From: Candidatus Brocadia sp.
Lineage (GTDB): Bacteria > Planctomycetota > Brocadiia > Brocadiales > Brocadiaceae
NCBI GenBank assembly: GCA_021650915.1
Contig: CP091279.1
Span: forward strand, 3,210,001-3,242,000
Length of the DNA stretch: 32,000 bases
Direction: 5' to 3'
In this document: positions 24,028-32,000 of the stretch, piece by piece
How the letters are laid out: every line of letters begins with the position of its first letter
Position numbering within the stretch: the stretch's first letter is position 1
Notes under the pieces: generated by a model
What the model saw: the letters and a program-made list of their open reading frames with translations, nothing else
What the model was told of the DNA's origin: nothing
Database searches by the model: none
Made by a program: the position numbers and the translations under genes

Positions 24028-26151
24028 TTATTTCGTGTTCTGACGATTGGACATTTCTTCCGGTTCCGCCTTCTGGCTTACCTTATCCGGCCGAACGAGA
24101 CTCTCTGAACTCCGATTATTCAATTCCTGAAAGGAAGCCTTAAGGGGTTCTCCGCCCAGATTCGGATCCTCTGCCTTTAGATCATCGATAAGGCTCTTTA
24201 CCTTTTCATACCGTTCCTGCGCGAACAGTGTTTTGGCTATGTCCAAGCGACTCTGCCAGCACCATGGTTTGTTTTCCGGATTTTCTTTAACCCAGGTTGC
24301 GCACCATTCTAATGCACGGTCATATTGTTTTGTCTCTTTTAAGCATTGAATGAGTTCCGGTTTTATAGTGTCGTCATTCGGAAATTGCTTTACTATTTCC
24401 TCGTAAAGACCCAAAGCCTTTTGCCAATCCCGTAAGGCGAGCAGCGTTTTCGCCAGTTTAATCTTCGCTTGTGAAACCTTCTCCTGAAGCTCCGGCTGGT
24501 TTGAATATTCAGCAATTTGCCTTTCGAGGAGATATTCTGCCCTTTTGTAATCTTTGCTGGCATAAAAGGTCGTTGTCACCTTATCCATGCTATCAAAATT
24601 CATTTTCTTAATACTGACCAGAGATTCCGCAGCCTGTTCCGCAACACGCTTATCACTATCCTGCAGCGCCTTTATCAAAGATTCTATTGCCTGCACATTC
24701 CCGATTTGTCCCAGCGCTGTCACGGCAGATTCCCTCACCCGTGCGCTGGTGTCGGAAAGAAGTTTTATGAGGGAATCAACACAAACGGGATTTCCAATCT
24801 TGCCCAGACTATCGGCGGCATACCAGCGTACCCGTTCCTGTTCGTCATTCAGTGCGGCAATCAAAGCGTCTACTGCCCTGCTGTCGCGGAGTTTTCCCAG
24901 TGCCGCTGCCGTATATTCCCGTATCTGCGATTCTTTATGGGTTAAAAACATGAGCAGGGGTTCAACTGCCCGCGGATCTCCAATTTGGCCCAGCGCTTCT
25001 ATCAAGGCGCAGACAATGGATAGATCGGTATTTTTACTGAGCGCTGAAATTAACGCATCTCCTGCTTCTCGTTTCCCCAGTTTTCCCAGTGATTTCGCCG
25101 CTTTTTCTCTGACGTTAAGGCTTTCGTCGTCCAGGGCGTGAACCAGAGGTTTCACAGCCCTTTCATCACCAATCTCTCCTAATGCCTGAATTGCCTCGGC
25201 GCGAACCTCTTCTGACGTATCTGAAATCGCCTGAATTAACACATCGATGACTGACGGGTCTTTGAGTTTTACCAGTTCTTTTGCTGCAAATATCTTCACC
25301 TCAGGATAGTCGCTCTTGAGGGCTTCAATTAGAGGTTTCGGGTCTGTTGTGTCTGGCCGTGCCTCAAGCAGCTTGATCGACTTTTGAGCTACTTCCAGTT
25401 TTACTTGTTTGATTTCTGATTCCAGTTGCTTCTCATGTTCTTCCTGCTTAACGACGAGATCCTCGAGCCATTGCTCACGGGTTTTTGTCTTATTCAGTTC
25501 CCACCATTTATTCCACCAAATGGGATCATTGCCGCTCGACAGTTTCGTGATCTTTTCCAGAGATCTTTTCGCAATTTCACGCAACCCGGGGTCGTCGGCC
25601 GCAAGCATTCCAATCAAAGGTTCTATGGCATCCCGATCGTTCGTATTTCCCAGCGCCTTTGCCAATAACATCTTCACATTGAGTGGCCGCTGTGGATCCA
25701 GCATTGCCTCCGACATCATCAGAACGGAATTCGTCGTCTTCAATTCTCCCAGGGTTTCAACCACGGCATCCTGTATTGCAGCCGAATCGCTCTCCAGGAG
25801 AGATATCAGGACGTCCGTTGCGCGATCGTCCCTGGTAAATCCAAATGCCCTGATAACGGAGATCTTAACGTCCTCGCGTTCCTTAGTATCTTTTAATATT
25901 CTTATCAGAGGCTCCTGTGCATTGAGCAGATTAAGGCCCAACAAAGAAACAGCCGCCGAACTTCGGATGGTGGGATCATGGGAATGCAACTGCTCTGTCC
26001 ACTCATCTAATTTTCGCCGAAGTTCGACGGCGGTCTTTAGCTGTACCCGCTCGATTGCAATTTTTTCTGTAATTGCAGCACATCCTGCCGCCGAAGACAG
26101 ACTTATCAGCGCAAGGAATAAGCGCACAATCAAATTTTGTCGTTTTTGCAT
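24028..26151 (-). CDS. Lipoprotein with HEAT (PBS-lyase type) repeats and C-terminal TPR-like repeats
   Basis: I prefer ATG 26151: MQKRQNLIVRLFLALISLSSAAGC is a good lipobox signal peptide. The track start at 26241 adds 30 implausible residues. It has many units of the form VRxxAxxALGxIGDxRAVxPLIxAL, and the C-terminus has TPR-like helices (YKRAEYLLE..., WQKALGLYEE..., YDRALEW...). Confidence 0.85.
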   Translation of the reverse strand: MQKRQNLIVRLFLALISLSSAAGCAAITEKIAIERVQLKTAVELRRKLDEWTEQLHSHDPTIRSSAAVSLLGLNLLNAQEPLIRILKDTKEREDVKISVIRAFGFTRDDRATDVLISLLESDSAAIQDAVVETLGELKTTNSVLMMSEAMLDPQRPLNVKMLLAKALGNTNDRDAIEPLIGMLAADDPGLREIAKRSLEKITKLSSGNDPIWWNKWWELNKTKTREQWLEDLVVKQEEHEKQLESEIKQVKLEVAQKSIKLLEARPDTTDPKPLIEALKSDYPEVKIFAAKELVKLKDPSVIDVLIQAISDTSEEVRAEAIQALGEIGDERAVKPLVHALDDESLNVREKAAKSLGKLGKREAGDALISALSKNTDLSIVCALIEALGQIGDPRAVEPLLMFLTHKESQIREYTAAALGKLRDSRAVDALIAALNDEQERVRWYAADSLGKIGNPVCVDSLIKLLSDTSARVRESAVTALGQIGNVQAIESLIKALQDSDKRVAEQAAESLVSIKKMNFDSMDKVTTTFYASKDYKRAEYLLERQIAEYSNQPELQEKVSQAKIKLAKTLLALRDWQKALGLYEEIVKQFPNDDTIKPELIQCLKETKQYDRALEWCATWVKENPENKPWCWQSRLDIAKTLFAQERYEKVKSLIDDLKAEDPNLGGEPLKASFQELNNRSSESLVRPDKVSQKAEPEEMSNRQNTK

Positions 26152-26270
26152 AAAAAAACGGTTTACACACGACCGCGAGTTTTGAGAAAAGGGTAGCATT
26201 GGGTGAGGATTTTGATGCAGTTTTTCATAGTTAACGCACATTTACCTTAACAGATTTTGCATTTTCAGTC

Positions 26271-26299
26271 AATATAAAAGACACGCCATCGCGTTGCAA
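26271..26299 (-). promoter_or_regulatory. Possible promoter for the HEAT-lipoprotein/trkAH transcription unit
   Basis: Reverse strand reads TTGCAA (26299-26294), a 17-nt spacer, then TATATT (26276-26271). Prediction only. Confidence 0.35.
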
Positions 26300-26448
26300 A
26301 TTGCATCTCCTTTGCATGACTATGTGAATGATGCTTGGCAAAAGGGAGTTTTTGAAGGGTCTGAGAATCTTCTGTGTATGGCATATAAATTTTCGTAACA
26401 ATTTACTTTTTTGAAAAATCCCAATAAAGACGATGTTTACCATACCGC

Positions 26449-26517
26449 GTAGGGGCAGGTTTCCCTACACGGTAATATTATTTATCGAGAGAATTTTTCA
26501 AAGAGCTAAATTGTTAC
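26449..26517. repeat. Second copy of the composite repeat (short GTAGGG/CCCTAC hairpin plus ~45-bp module) seen at 4815-4935
   Basis: GTAGGGGCAGGTTTCCCTAC (26449-26468) is followed by GGTAATATTATTTATCGAGAGAATTTTTCAAAGAGCTAAATTGTTAC (26471-26517). The order and orientation match the hisD-hisC spacer copy. Confidence 0.75.
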
Positions 26518-26601
26518 AAATTTTCAATTTTTTTTGGTTTTGCAAGGTGGTGCGGTCAAACGCCGTTTGTTGGCGTCTGCGCTAAATTCGATCCTTTCCC
26601 T

Positions 26602-27339
26602 TCATGGGCGAAAGGAAAAAAACTTTTTTTTCAACAAACCTGCCGCCGTAAAAAAATTGACATAAAACTGTTCCGCCTGCCTCGTATAGGATTTTTCCAG
26701 GGTAGCATAATCGTCCAGCATCTTTTGTTTGTCGGAGACAATCCCTTTGAGGGATTCGAGTTCTTTCGTGTAAGCGTCAGCCCACCGGACAATCATGTCC
26801 TTTGTCACTTCCACGTGAAACTGGATGCCGTAAATATTCCGGCCGCATTGTAACGCCTGATTCTGGCAGAGTTCGGAGAACGCCAATCGTTTCCCGCCGG
26901 ACGGTATACCAAAGGTGTCTCCATGCCATTGAAATACCTTAAAAACTTCCGGAAGGTCTTTGAAGAGGTCATCCTTGAGTCCATGATCGCTGAGAACGAT
27001 CTTGTGCCAACCAATCTCTTTTTCAGGATTTTTTGTTACCCGGGCGCCGGTTGCTTTTGCAATCAATTGGGCGCCCAGGCAGATCCCGAGAAAAGGGACT
27101 TCCTCTTCAACGATTCTTTTGAGCAGGATATCCTCGTCTTTCAGGAAACGGTATTCCTCTTCTTCATACACGTTCATGGGGCCGCCGAGACAAATAACCG
27201 TCCGAAAAGCCTTTGCCCATTTCGGCACTTTGTCCCCCTGGGAGAGATCAACAACGGTATACGGCAACGCGTTATCATCCAGGAAATCAGCAATCGTGCC
27301 GGGCCCTTCAATATCAATATGTTTTATGAATAAAACCAC
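26602..27339 (-). CDS. Class-I glutamine amidotransferase domain protein (GuaA-N-like, stand-alone)
   Basis: 245 aa with a GTG start. It has the nucleophile-elbow motif PFLGICLGAQL and GIQFHVE (a Cys-His-Glu triad pattern). Confidence 0.85.
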   Translation of the reverse strand: MVLFIKHIDIEGPGTIADFLDDNALPYTVVDLSQGDKVPKWAKAFRTVICLGGPMNVYEEEEYRFLKDEDILLKRIVEEEVPFLGICLGAQLIAKATGARVTKNPEKEIGWHKIVLSDHGLKDDLFKDLPEVFKVFQWHGDTFGIPSGGKRLAFSELCQNQALQCGRNIYGIQFHVEVTKDMIVRWADAYTKELESLKGIVSDKQKMLDDYATLEKSYTRQAEQFYVNFFTAAGLLKKKFFSFRP

Positions 27340-27724
27340 GGCTCAACTCCATAAAGAATCATTGTTGTCTTATCGTACTCCGGTACAAAATCTTTCTTCG
27401 CACATTTTTATCCCTTCGTCTTCTCTGGCTTCGTCGTGAGCTCAGTCGGGAGACAGGGAGGGATTGGGTTGTAGGTGTGCTCTGTATACAAAATCAAATA
27501 TACAGAAGTTCGCGGTTGAATACAAGATGAAAGTCGATCTGTCCTTGTCTGATAAAGAAAGAAGTTATGAAAGGTAATACAATAAATACCCTTGACAATT
27601 TTGACGCAATAGATTTTATTGGTCTTAAGCAGGAATAGTTAGGCATTTGCAATCTCGGCACAGACAAACAACGCCTGTCGTTTGACGGTGTGTTCGTGAC
27701 GAAATGCATAACATCCGGTCAACT

Positions 27725-27845
27725 GCATAACGCAGCACAGCCGCAACCAAAAAGTTCAACCACAAAGAACGCAAAGTTTTACACAAAGATCACAAAGAAA
27801 ACATTACAGGAAAAAGAAGTTTTTATGAAGTAATACACTATAAAG
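27725..27845. repeat. Dispersed repeat R1, copy B
   Basis: See 11361-11480. It ends ~40 nt upstream of the peroxidase ATG. Confidence 0.85.
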
Positions 27846-27884
27846 ACGATGAAGATTTCTATACCATCAAATAAAGGAGAACGC

Positions 27885-28952
27885 ATGAAGAAGATGAAAT
27901 TTGCCCTGATCAGCTTTGTATTTGCCCTTATTGTGATCGACCCGATTGTTGCCACCGCCGATGAACCACCCAGTCATATCGGGTATGGAAGAGGCGGAAG
28001 GATGCAGGGGGGCTCTGTTTCCGAACGGTCAAAGGAACCTATCCAGCCGGTTCCCATCAGCTTTGACTATGATACCGCAAAGGTAGAATTAGGGAAGAAA
28101 TTGTTCTTTGAACCACGGTTGTCTAAATCGGGCTGGATTACGTGCAATTCCTGCCATAACCTCTCTACGGGTGGCGTGGATAATTTGCCAACCTCGATCG
28201 GGCACAAATGGTTGTTTGGACCGATAAACTCGCCCACCGTTCTGAATGCAAAGTTTAATCTGGCGCAATTCTGGGATGGACGGGCAAAGGACCTGAAGGA
28301 GCAGGCAAAAGGTCCCATCGCCAATCCGATGGAAATGGCTTCAAACCACGAGCTTGCCGTGGAGGTGTTACAATCAATACCGGCTTACGTGCAATGGTTT
28401 AAGGAGGTATATGGGGGCGACAAAATTACCATCGATAACGTTGTTGATGCCATTGCTGCGTTTGAAGAGACGCTAACAACGCCAAACTCAAGATTCGACT
28501 GGTGGTTAAAGGAATATGACGACAAAATTACCGATGAAGAAAAGGAAGGATACGACCTGTTTAAGAATAAGGGGTGTATCATTTGTCATAACGGTTTTGG
28601 TGTGGGAGGAACCGCTTTCCAGAAATTTGGAAATGCAAAACCGTACGACAAAGATACCCAGACCCTTGGCAGATATAATGTAACAAAAGAGGAAAAAGAC
28701 AAATACGTGTTCAAGGTTCCCCTGCTCAGAAATATTGAACTGACAGCGCCCTACTTCCATGATGCAAGCACGTGGAGCCTGGGTGATGCGGTAAAGATCA
28801 TGGCCGAATATCAGTTGGGGGTGACGTTTTCCGATGATGAAACGAGGAAGATTGTCGCATTTCTCCGAACCCTGACCGGAGACCAGCCGTCCGTCCTTTT
28901 TCCCATTTTGCCACCGTCACATGAAAATACCCCGAAACCCAATCGGAACTGA
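27885..28952 (+). CDS. Di-haem cytochrome c peroxidase (CcpA/MauG family)
   Basis: AAAGGAG lies 5 nt before ATG 27885. MKKMKFALISFVFALIVIDPIVATA is a signal peptide. There are two CxxCH sites (CNSCH, CIICH), plus FWDGRA, GPIANPMEMA and LRNIELTAPYFHD. The track start at 27849 is probably too long. Confidence 0.9.
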   Translation: MKKMKFALISFVFALIVIDPIVATADEPPSHIGYGRGGRMQGGSVSERSKEPIQPVPISFDYDTAKVELGKKLFFEPRLSKSGWITCNSCHNLSTGGVDNLPTSIGHKWLFGPINSPTVLNAKFNLAQFWDGRAKDLKEQAKGPIANPMEMASNHELAVEVLQSIPAYVQWFKEVYGGDKITIDNVVDAIAAFEETLTTPNSRFDWWLKEYDDKITDEEKEGYDLFKNKGCIICHNGFGVGGTAFQKFGNAKPYDKDTQTLGRYNVTKEEKDKYVFKVPLLRNIELTAPYFHDASTWSLGDAVKIMAEYQLGVTFSDDETRKIVAFLRTLTGDQPSVLFPILPPSHENTPKPNRN

Positions 28953-29179
28953 TTTTCTGCTGTTCCTGTTCAGGCATACTCATAACGAACCCAGTGGCAA
29001 TCAGGTTCGCCTTACCAAAGATGGGTCAAGGGAAATGTGGGAGGAAAATTTGTAATGATGTTACGTGTGCAGGAAACAGCCACAATCAGATACTATCGTA
29101 TTACCGTATAAAATCTTTCTTTTTTGCAAATTTTTACAACCCCTTTCACCCTCTTTTCTAAGGAGGGGTGTGTTGCGTT

Positions 29180-31312
29180 ATGTATGACTTACTGCAAAAA
29201 TATTTTGGCTATACGAGCTTCTATCCGCTTCAGGAAGACATCATTAAGGAGGTGCTGGCACAGCGGGACGTCTTTGTCCTGATGCCGACGGGGAGCGGTA
29301 AATCCCTGTGCTACCAACTGCCGGCGCTTCTTTTTACCGGTGTGACAATTGTTATCTCTCCCCTGATAGCCTTGATGAAAGACCAGGTGGATGGTTTACT
29401 GGCCAATGGCATCCCGGCGGCCTATATCAATAGTTCTTTGAGTTATCATGAAGTTGATGCACGAAGGCAGCAGTTGTTGAAGAATGAGCTCAAGATCCTT
29501 TATGTCGCGCCGGAGAGGCTGCTGATGTCTGAGTTTCTCGAATTCCTGCGGGGGCTGAAGGTTTGCCTGTTTGCCATCGATGAATCGCATTGCATTTCGG
29601 AATGGGGACATGACTTCCGTCCTGAATACCGTCAGCTAAAGGTATTGAAGGAGAAATTTCCCCATGTTCCCGTTATGGCCTTGACCGCCACCGCCACGCA
29701 GGTGGTTCAGGATGATATTATCAGGCAACTGAACCTGTCTCGTAATAAGGTTTTCAAGGCAAGCTTTAACCGGAAAAACCTGTATTACCAGATAAAACCC
29801 AAACACGATCCTTTCCACCAGATCCTCCAATACCTGAATGGCCGCCGGACGGATTCGGGCATCATCTACTGCCAGAGTCGTAAGGCCGTGGAGACCCTTG
29901 CGTCGGGTTTGCAGGCAAAAGGATACCGTGCGTTGCCATACCATGCAGGCCTTACGGCTGAAGTCAGAACGGAGCATCAGGAACGGTTTATTCGTGACGA
30001 CGTAGAGATTATTGTGGCAACGATTGCCTTTGGGATGGGTATCCATAAACCTGGTGTGCGGTACGTAATCCATTACGATTTACCGAAGAGCATTGAGGGA
30101 TATTATCAGGAGACAGGGCGCGCCGGACGGGATGGGTTGCCAGGCGACTGTGTCCTCTTCTTTAGTTACGCCGATAAATTCAAGATAGAACACTTCATTC
30201 AGCAAAAAGAGGATGAAAATGAAAGGCAGATTGCATATAAGCAACTGAGGGAGCTGATAACGTATTGTGAAAGCAATGTCTGCAGGAGAAGGGTATTGCT
30301 TGCCTATTTTGGCGAGCAATTCGAAGAGCCGAATTGTGGTGGTTGCGATGTTTGTGTGGAACCGAAGGAACGGTTTGATGGAACGATTGCCGCGCAAAAG
30401 ATATTATCCTGTGTTTACCGGACGGGCGAACGGTTTGGGATAAATTATATTGTTGACGTTTTGTTGGGCGCAAGGAATCAAAAGTTGTTGCAGAACCGGC
30501 ATGACACACTGAAGACCTATGGTGTCGGGAAGGAGTATGCAAAGGTGCAGTGGCAGTCGTTTATCCGAGAATTAATACAGCTCGGATATTTAAAGTTGGA
30601 CGGAGATGAATATCCCATCCTGAAACTGCACGAAAAGAGCCGTCCCGTCCTATTGGGTGATGAAAAGGTCTCTTTGATAAAACCCGCGGAGAAAATTCCC
30701 GTTCAGAAGGCCGAAAGGAGTGACAACTATGATCACACCTTGTTTGAACGTTTGAGGGCTTTGCGAAAGACGCTGGCCGATCAGGAGGGGGTGCCGCCGT
30801 ATATCATTTTTCATGACACCAGCTTGAAAGAAATGACGGTCTCTTATCCGCAGAGCTTGCTCGATTTACGGAAGATAAGCGGTGTTGGAGATCAGAAATT
30901 AGTGAAGTACGGAAAGGCGTTTGTTGAAGAGATCGTCAACTACTGCGAAGAAAATAACATCATGCCAAGGCAATTCTGCCAGCCATCTGCTGAATTTTCC
31001 GCAAAACAGCAAAAAATTTCTACGATTCAACTGACATTCGACCTGTATAAACAACGCCTCACCATTCCTGAAATTGCACAAAAGAGAGGTCTGGCGGTAT
31101 CCACGATTGCCTCTCATCTGGAAAAACTGATCCTGGATGGTGAAGACATTTCCCTCGACGACCTTGTTACCTCAGAAAAGCAGCAGCAGATCAGAAAGGT
31201 GTTTGCAGAAGCAGGCATGCAGACGCTCAGCCCGGTAAAAGAGAAATTAGGGGAAGGGTATTCCTATGAGGAGATAAGACTCGTCAGGGCAAAGGTGATG
31301 GTCGAAAGGTGA
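29180..31312 (+). CDS. recQ: ATP-dependent DNA helicase RecQ with an extra C-terminal wHTH-like domain
   Basis: Carries MPTGSGKSLCYQLPA, the DExH box FAIDESHCISEWGHDFRPEY, the Zn-finger cysteines C..CRRR...CGGCDVC, the HRDC-like FERLRALRKTLADQEGVPPYIIFHDTSLKEM, and a ~100-aa tail (...IPEIAQKRGLAVSTIASHLEKL...). I prefer ATG 29180 over the GTG at 29168, which abuts the SD sequence. Confidence 0.92.
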   Translation: MYDLLQKYFGYTSFYPLQEDIIKEVLAQRDVFVLMPTGSGKSLCYQLPALLFTGVTIVISPLIALMKDQVDGLLANGIPAAYINSSLSYHEVDARRQQLLKNELKILYVAPERLLMSEFLEFLRGLKVCLFAIDESHCISEWGHDFRPEYRQLKVLKEKFPHVPVMALTATATQVVQDDIIRQLNLSRNKVFKASFNRKNLYYQIKPKHDPFHQILQYLNGRRTDSGIIYCQSRKAVETLASGLQAKGYRALPYHAGLTAEVRTEHQERFIRDDVEIIVATIAFGMGIHKPGVRYVIHYDLPKSIEGYYQETGRAGRDGLPGDCVLFFSYADKFKIEHFIQQKEDENERQIAYKQLRELITYCESNVCRRRVLLAYFGEQFEEPNCGGCDVCVEPKERFDGTIAAQKILSCVYRTGERFGINYIVDVLLGARNQKLLQNRHDTLKTYGVGKEYAKVQWQSFIRELIQLGYLKLDGDEYPILKLHEKSRPVLLGDEKVSLIKPAEKIPVQKAERSDNYDHTLFERLRALRKTLADQEGVPPYIIFHDTSLKEMTVSYPQSLLDLRKISGVGDQKLVKYGKAFVEEIVNYCEENNIMPRQFCQPSAEFSAKQQKISTIQLTFDLYKQRLTIPEIAQKRGLAVSTIASHLEKLILDGEDISLDDLVTSEKQQQIRKVFAEAGMQTLSPVKEKLGEGYSYEEIRLVRAKVMVER

Positions 31313-31718
31313 AAAAGGGCAAGTAACTATACGGCATATCAATATTGGTAATCTATTTTCTCTTGGCATGTCAGGCAAGGGGTGACCCATAGCCCTGGCC
31401 TCCTAAAGGCACCCCGGGTATTGTTGATGGCCAAGATAATGCTTGTGACTCGTCCGGTTGCTCCACGAATATTTCGTGGATAATAAAACTGTAGGAATTA
31501 CCTTTTTGCAAGGGTAAATCTTCTGGTAGGGTGAGTGACTATTATGAAATCAACGATATCGAGAGATAATGAAAAGCATAGGCGATTAGAGGAAATTAAA
31601 TCACTAATGAAGGTTTGATAATCATATAGAAGGCTCCTTCACAAAGCGATGCGAAAATGTATCATAGAGGCATCGTGAAATAAACCATGAAAACAGTAAG
31701 AAAGAAGGAGGAGCAGAT

Positions 31719-32000
31719 ATGAGTTATTTTGTGGGAATAGATTTACATTCGGATAATAGTTACGTGGGGGTGATAGATAAGAAAGATAGTCAGATATTTG
31801 GCAAGAAACTCCCAATGATCTTGACGTGATCTTAAAGACACTGGAGCCGTTTCAGAAGAAGATACAAGGGATTGTAGTAGAGTCGACGTACAACTGAACT
31901 GGTATTGGCTGGTGGACGGATTACAGGAGGCGAAATACAAAGTGCACCTGGCCAATCCTCCGGAGATGCAGCAGTATAGTGGCATGAAGTACACGGACGA
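31719..32000 (+). pseudogene. Second, unrelated IS110-family transposase gene: 5' part, disrupted by two frameshifts, continuing beyond the window
   Basis: AAGGAGGAG lies 5 nt before ATG 31719. Frame 1 reads MSYFVGIDLHSDNSYVGVIDKKDSQIFGKKLP and stops at 31827. Frame 2 (from 31814) reads NDLDVILKTLEPFQKKIQGIVVESTYN and stops at 31895. Frame 3 reads WYWLVDGLQEAKYKVHLANPPEMQQYSGMKYTDD. The second break coincides with a tandem AACTG AACTG at 31892-31901. Confidence 0.8.

Noticed and set aside
26152-26443. A 30-codon N-terminal extension of the HEAT lipoprotein (start at 26241) and the 70-aa ORF 26231-26443(-).
   Set aside because: The extension would bury an otherwise perfect lipoprotein signal peptide that starts at M31. 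The 70-aa ORF has no SD sequence, has odd composition, and lies in the promoter/leader region.
27494-27709. 71-aa ORF (-) in the 545-bp spacer between the GATase gene and the peroxidase gene; also possible sRNA or promoter signals there (TTGACA at 27592-27597).
   Set aside because: The ORF lacks an RBS and any recognisable motif. The TTGACA has no good -10 hexamer at 16-18 nt. Nothing can be supported beyond the R1 repeat.
31544-31618. 24-codon mini-ORF (MKSTISRDNEKHRRLEEIKSLMKV) upstream of the second IS110 gene.
   Set aside because: It has only a weak SD-like context (GGTGAG), is too short to evaluate, and lies where a non-coding RNA is more plausible.

Overview
Bacterial chromosomal segment made mostly of housekeeping genes. 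In order: a partial PQQ-like beta-propeller protein, hisB-hisC-hisD, ndk, a DUF4416-like gene, proS, gpmA, holB, serS, tRNA-Val and tRNA-Asp, trkH-trkA, a HEAT/TPR lipoprotein, a class-I glutamine amidotransferase, a di-haem cytochrome c peroxidase and recQ. The segment is heavily punctuated by mobile and repetitive DNA. There are four IS copies: two unrelated IS110-family elements (both with broken reading frames), a 1.86-kb IS4/IS5-superfamily element with imperfect ~25-bp terminal inverted repeats, and an IS630-family element with TA flanks and an A7 slippery site. A ~3.3-kb decayed integrative element lies beside tRNA-Asp and carries an integrase C-terminal fragment, a frameshifted cI-like repressor, hicBA and the IS630 copy. 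Intergenic regions carry several GC-rich palindromic (REP-like) elements and two dispersed repeat families. Four items are most worth follow-up: (1) an orphan ParA-like ATPase translationally coupled to a Lys-rich protein with a HeH/SAP-like tail; (2) the long structured 5' arm of the first IS110 element, a candidate bridge RNA, next to a REP-like palindrome; (3) A7 tracts that restore both the IS110 and IS630 transposase frames by a -1 shift; (4) a stand-alone lipoyl-like domain protein with a 32-residue Asp/Glu tail behind a perfect consensus promoter. I saw no CRISPR array, no rRNA and no recognisable dedicated defence operon. All functional calls come from reading translated motifs by eye, with no database search. 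The 'novel system' ideas are hypotheses only.
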